From Actinomycetota bacterium (GTDB lineage Bacteria > Actinomycetota > Acidimicrobiia > Acidimicrobiales > JAJPHE01): a DNA stretch of 64,000 nucleotides. This document shows, in pieces, positions 61,971-64,000 of this stretch (position 1 is its first letter; every line of letters begins with the position of its first letter). The notes under the pieces were generated by a model. That model ran no database searches, had not been told where the DNA came from, and saw only the letters and a program-made list of their open reading frames with translations. The position numbers were made by a program, and so were the translations under genes. The DNA lies in assembly GCA_027315345.1 (NCBI GenBank), contig DAHUYE010000082.1, positions 39,919-103,918 on the forward strand, read 5' to 3'.

Positions 61971-63155
61971 ATGGAAGTACGCGAGGCCGTCATAGTCGAT
62001 GTGGTGCGCACCGCTTTCGGTAAGCGCAAGGGATCGCTGGCGGGTTGGCATCCGGCCGACCTGCTCGGATTCACCTTGGCCAAGCTGGTGGAGCGCACCG
62101 GGGTGGATCCGGATCTGCTGGACGACGTGGTCGGAGGTTGCATCACCCAGTCCGGGGAGCAGGGCTGCAATATCACCCGCAACGCCGTCATTGCCGGTGG
62201 CCTGCCCTGGACGCTGTCGGCCACCACCGTCGATCGCCAGTGCGGTTCGTCCCAGCAGGCCCTGCACTTCGTGGCCGCCAGCGTCATGAGCGGCCTGTAC
62301 GACCTGGCCGTGGTGTGCGGGGTCGAATCCATGACCCGGGCCCCCATGGCGTCCAACGCCCGAGGAGGAACAGGCCCCTTCTCCCCCGACTTCATGCGGG
62401 TGATCGATGACCGCCTCTGGGCCCAGTTCCGGGTGGCCCAACAGTTGGGGGAGGAGGCCGGCCTGACCCGGGAGGACCTTGACGCCTACGCCCTGGAGAG
62501 CCATCGGCGGGCGGCCCGGGCCTCCGAGAACGGTCACTTCGCCCGGGAGATCCTGCCCGTGCCGATCAAGGACGAGGAGGGGAACCTGACCGGGGCCGTG
62601 CTCTCCTCCGATGAGGGAATCCGCTACGACGCCAGTCTGGAGAAGCTGGCTTCCCTACCCCCGGCCCAATCCTGGGAGCCGGAGACGGCCCCGGACATCA
62701 CCGCCGGCAACTCCTCGCAGATGACCGACGGGGCGGCGGCGGCACTGGTGGCCGACCGGGCCACGGCCGAGCGGTTGGGGCTGCCCATCCGGGCCCGCCT
62801 GCTGCACTTTGCCGTCGGCGCCGAGGATCCGGTGCTGGTGTTGTCGGCTCCCAACCGGGTGACCCGGAAACTGCTGGAGCGCACCGGCATGAAGATCGAT
62901 GAATTCGACGCCGTCGAATGCAACGAGGCCTTCGCCTCCATCGCCTTGCGCTGGGCCCGGGAGTTCCAGCCCGACCCGGAGCGGTTCAACCCCAACGGGG
63001 GGGCGATTGCCATCGGTCACCCGCTCGGGGCGTCCGGGGTCCGCATGACCGCCACCCTGCTCAACGAGCTGGAGGCCACCGGCGGTCGCTTCGGCCTGCA
63101 GACCATGTGCGAGGGTGGGGGGCAGGCCAACTGCACCGTCATAGAGCGGCTGTGA
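61971..63155 (+). CDS. Acetyl-CoA C-acyltransferase (3-ketoacyl-CoA thiolase)
   Basis: VDRQCGSSQQA (nucleophile Cys), GHPLGASG, MCEGGGQAN (C-terminal Cys). Confidence 0.9.
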   Translation: MEVREAVIVDVVRTAFGKRKGSLAGWHPADLLGFTLAKLVERTGVDPDLLDDVVGGCITQSGEQGCNITRNAVIAGGLPWTLSATTVDRQCGSSQQALHFVAASVMSGLYDLAVVCGVESMTRAPMASNARGGTGPFSPDFMRVIDDRLWAQFRVAQQLGEEAGLTREDLDAYALESHRRAARASENGHFAREILPVPIKDEEGNLTGAVLSSDEGIRYDASLEKLASLPPAQSWEPETAPDITAGNSSQMTDGAAAALVADRATAERLGLPIRARLLHFAVGAEDPVLVLSAPNRVTRKLLERTGMKIDEFDAVECNEAFASIALRWAREFQPDPERFNPNGGAIAIGHPLGASGVRMTATLLNELEATGGRFGLQTMCEGGGQANCTVIERL

Positions 63156-63163
63156 CACCAACT

Positions 63164-63185
63164 GCGGCCGGCCGCGGCCGGCCGC
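63164..63185. repeat. GC-only duplicated palindrome GCGGCCGGCC GCGGCCGGCC GC
   Basis: Read directly in the 52-bp gap between the thiolase and the TPP-enzyme gene. It is both a 10-bp direct repeat and self-complementary. Confidence 0.85.
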
Positions 63186-63207
63186 GTCAACGGGGAGGGG
63201 TGGGGGG

Positions 63208-64000
63208 ATGACCAAGGTCAACGGCCACGGTGGGGAACTGGCCATGGCGCCGTTGCTGGCCGCCGGGGTGGAGCAGATCTTCACCCTCTCCGGCGGGCAC
63301 ATCTTCCCCCTCTACGACGCCTGCGTGAAACACAACGTCCGCATAGTGGATGTGCGCCACGAGCAGACGGCCACCTTTGCTGCTGAGGCCATGGCCAAAC
63401 TGACCCGGGGTCCGGGCGCGGCCGTTCTCACCGCCGGGCCGGGGATCACCAACGGGGTCAGCGCCATCACCACGGCCCATTTCAACGGTTCCCCTCTGAT
63501 CGTGCTCGGGGGCCGGGCTCCCCAGGCCCGGTGGGGATCGGGATCACTGCAGGAACTCGACCACGTCCCGATCGTGTCGTCCATCACCAAGCTGGCCGCC
63601 ACGGCCACCACCACGGCCGATATCGCCGGGCTGGTGTCCCGGGCCGTCACCGCCGCCACCACCCCCCACCGCGGGCCGGTCTTCATCGATCTGCCCATGG
63701 ATCTGGCCTTCGCCTCGGCCGAGGGTGAAGTCCCCGACGCCGCCGACCTGTTGGGCTCAGGGGCGGAACCGGACCCGGACGAGGTGGCCAAAGCGGGCCG
63801 GCTCCTGGCCGCCGCCCGGCGGCCGGCCCTGGTGGCCGGCAGCGACATCTGGTGGGAAGGGGCCTGGGCGGAGCTGGCCGAACTGGTCGAGTCGGTGCGC
63901 ATCCCCACCTTCGCCAACGGCCTGGGTCGGGGCTGCCTGCCCGGTGACCACGAGCTGTCCTTCGCCCGCACCCGCTCCGCCCTCAAGTCGGCCGACGTGG
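63208..64000 (+). CDS. Thiamine-diphosphate-dependent enzyme (acetolactate synthase / oxalyl-CoA decarboxylase / 2-hydroxyacyl-CoA lyase superfamily), 3' end truncated by window edge
   Basis: My own translation from ATG 63208: MTKVNGHGGELAMAPLLAAGVEQIFTLSGGHIFPLYDAC..VRHEQTATFAAEAMAKL..LTAGPGITNGVSAI..GSLQELDH. The frame is open to nt 64000. It is not in the ORF track because no stop is reached. Confidence 0.8.
   Translation, partial: MTKVNGHGGELAMAPLLAAGVEQIFTLSGGHIFPLYDACVKHNVRIVDVRHEQTATFAAEAMAKLTRGPGAAVLTAGPGITNGVSAITTAHFNGSPLIVLGGRAPQARWGSGSLQELDHVPIVSSITKLAATATTTADIAGLVSRAVTAATTPHRGPVFIDLPMDLAFASAEGEVPDAADLLGSGAEPDPDEVAKAGRLLAAARRPALVAGSDIWWEGAWAELAELVESVRIPTFANGLGRGCLPGDHELSFARTRSALKSADV

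Noticed and set aside
1-64000. Mobile elements, prophage, defence systems, toxin-antitoxin pairs, tRNA/rRNA genes
   Set aside because: I looked for transposase, integrase or recombinase motifs, nuclease/helicase/ATPase defence signatures, small paired ORFs and tRNA-like T-loop sequences in the few non-coding gaps. I found none. The window looks like core or metabolic chromosome, apart from the palindromic element at 6271-6382.

Overview
Very GC-rich DNA (about 70% by eye, not computed). It is almost entirely coding and looks actinobacterial: frequent GTG/TTG starts, many 1-4 nt start/stop overlaps (GTGA, ATGA, TGATG), and Gly/Ala/Ser/Pro-rich linkers. I call 54 protein-coding genes, two cut by the window edges, in about 19 alternating-strand blocks. 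I see no rRNA, tRNA, CRISPR array, transposase/integrase or recognisable defence gene. The window is dominated by CoA-thioester lipid catabolism. It holds 8 acyl-CoA dehydrogenase (ACAD) genes: three adjacent beta/alpha-type pairs, one solo alpha-type, and one fused beta-alpha chain. It also holds 5 crotonase-fold genes, 3 acyl-CoA ligases, one true thiolase, two thiolase-like genes (one next to a DUF35 gene), a double-hotdog MaoC hydratase, a family III CoA-transferase, thioesterase II, WS/DGAT, two alpha/beta hydrolases, P450 + TetR, a small ferredoxin, SDRs, an aldehyde dehydrogenase, two PF04909-type amidohydrolases and an LLM/F420-type oxidoreductase. A Liv-type ABC importer operon sits in the middle. 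Points worth a second look: (1) two uncharacterised envelope proteins translationally coupled to the ABC importer; (2) a 1096-aa single-chain PAS-GAF-HK-REC-PP2C-RsbW-like signalling protein at the end of a catabolic operon; (3) a ligase / M24 / dead-M24 / D-aminoacylase-like / crotonase operon; (4) a 112-nt low-GC palindromic element in the only long convergent gap; (5) back-to-back -10 boxes sharing a TA with canonical leaderless spacing; (6) an operon mixing sugar-phosphate-type and CoA-type enzymes. All calls rest on by-eye motif recognition and the supplied ORF track. No database search was possible, and start codons are the least certain part.
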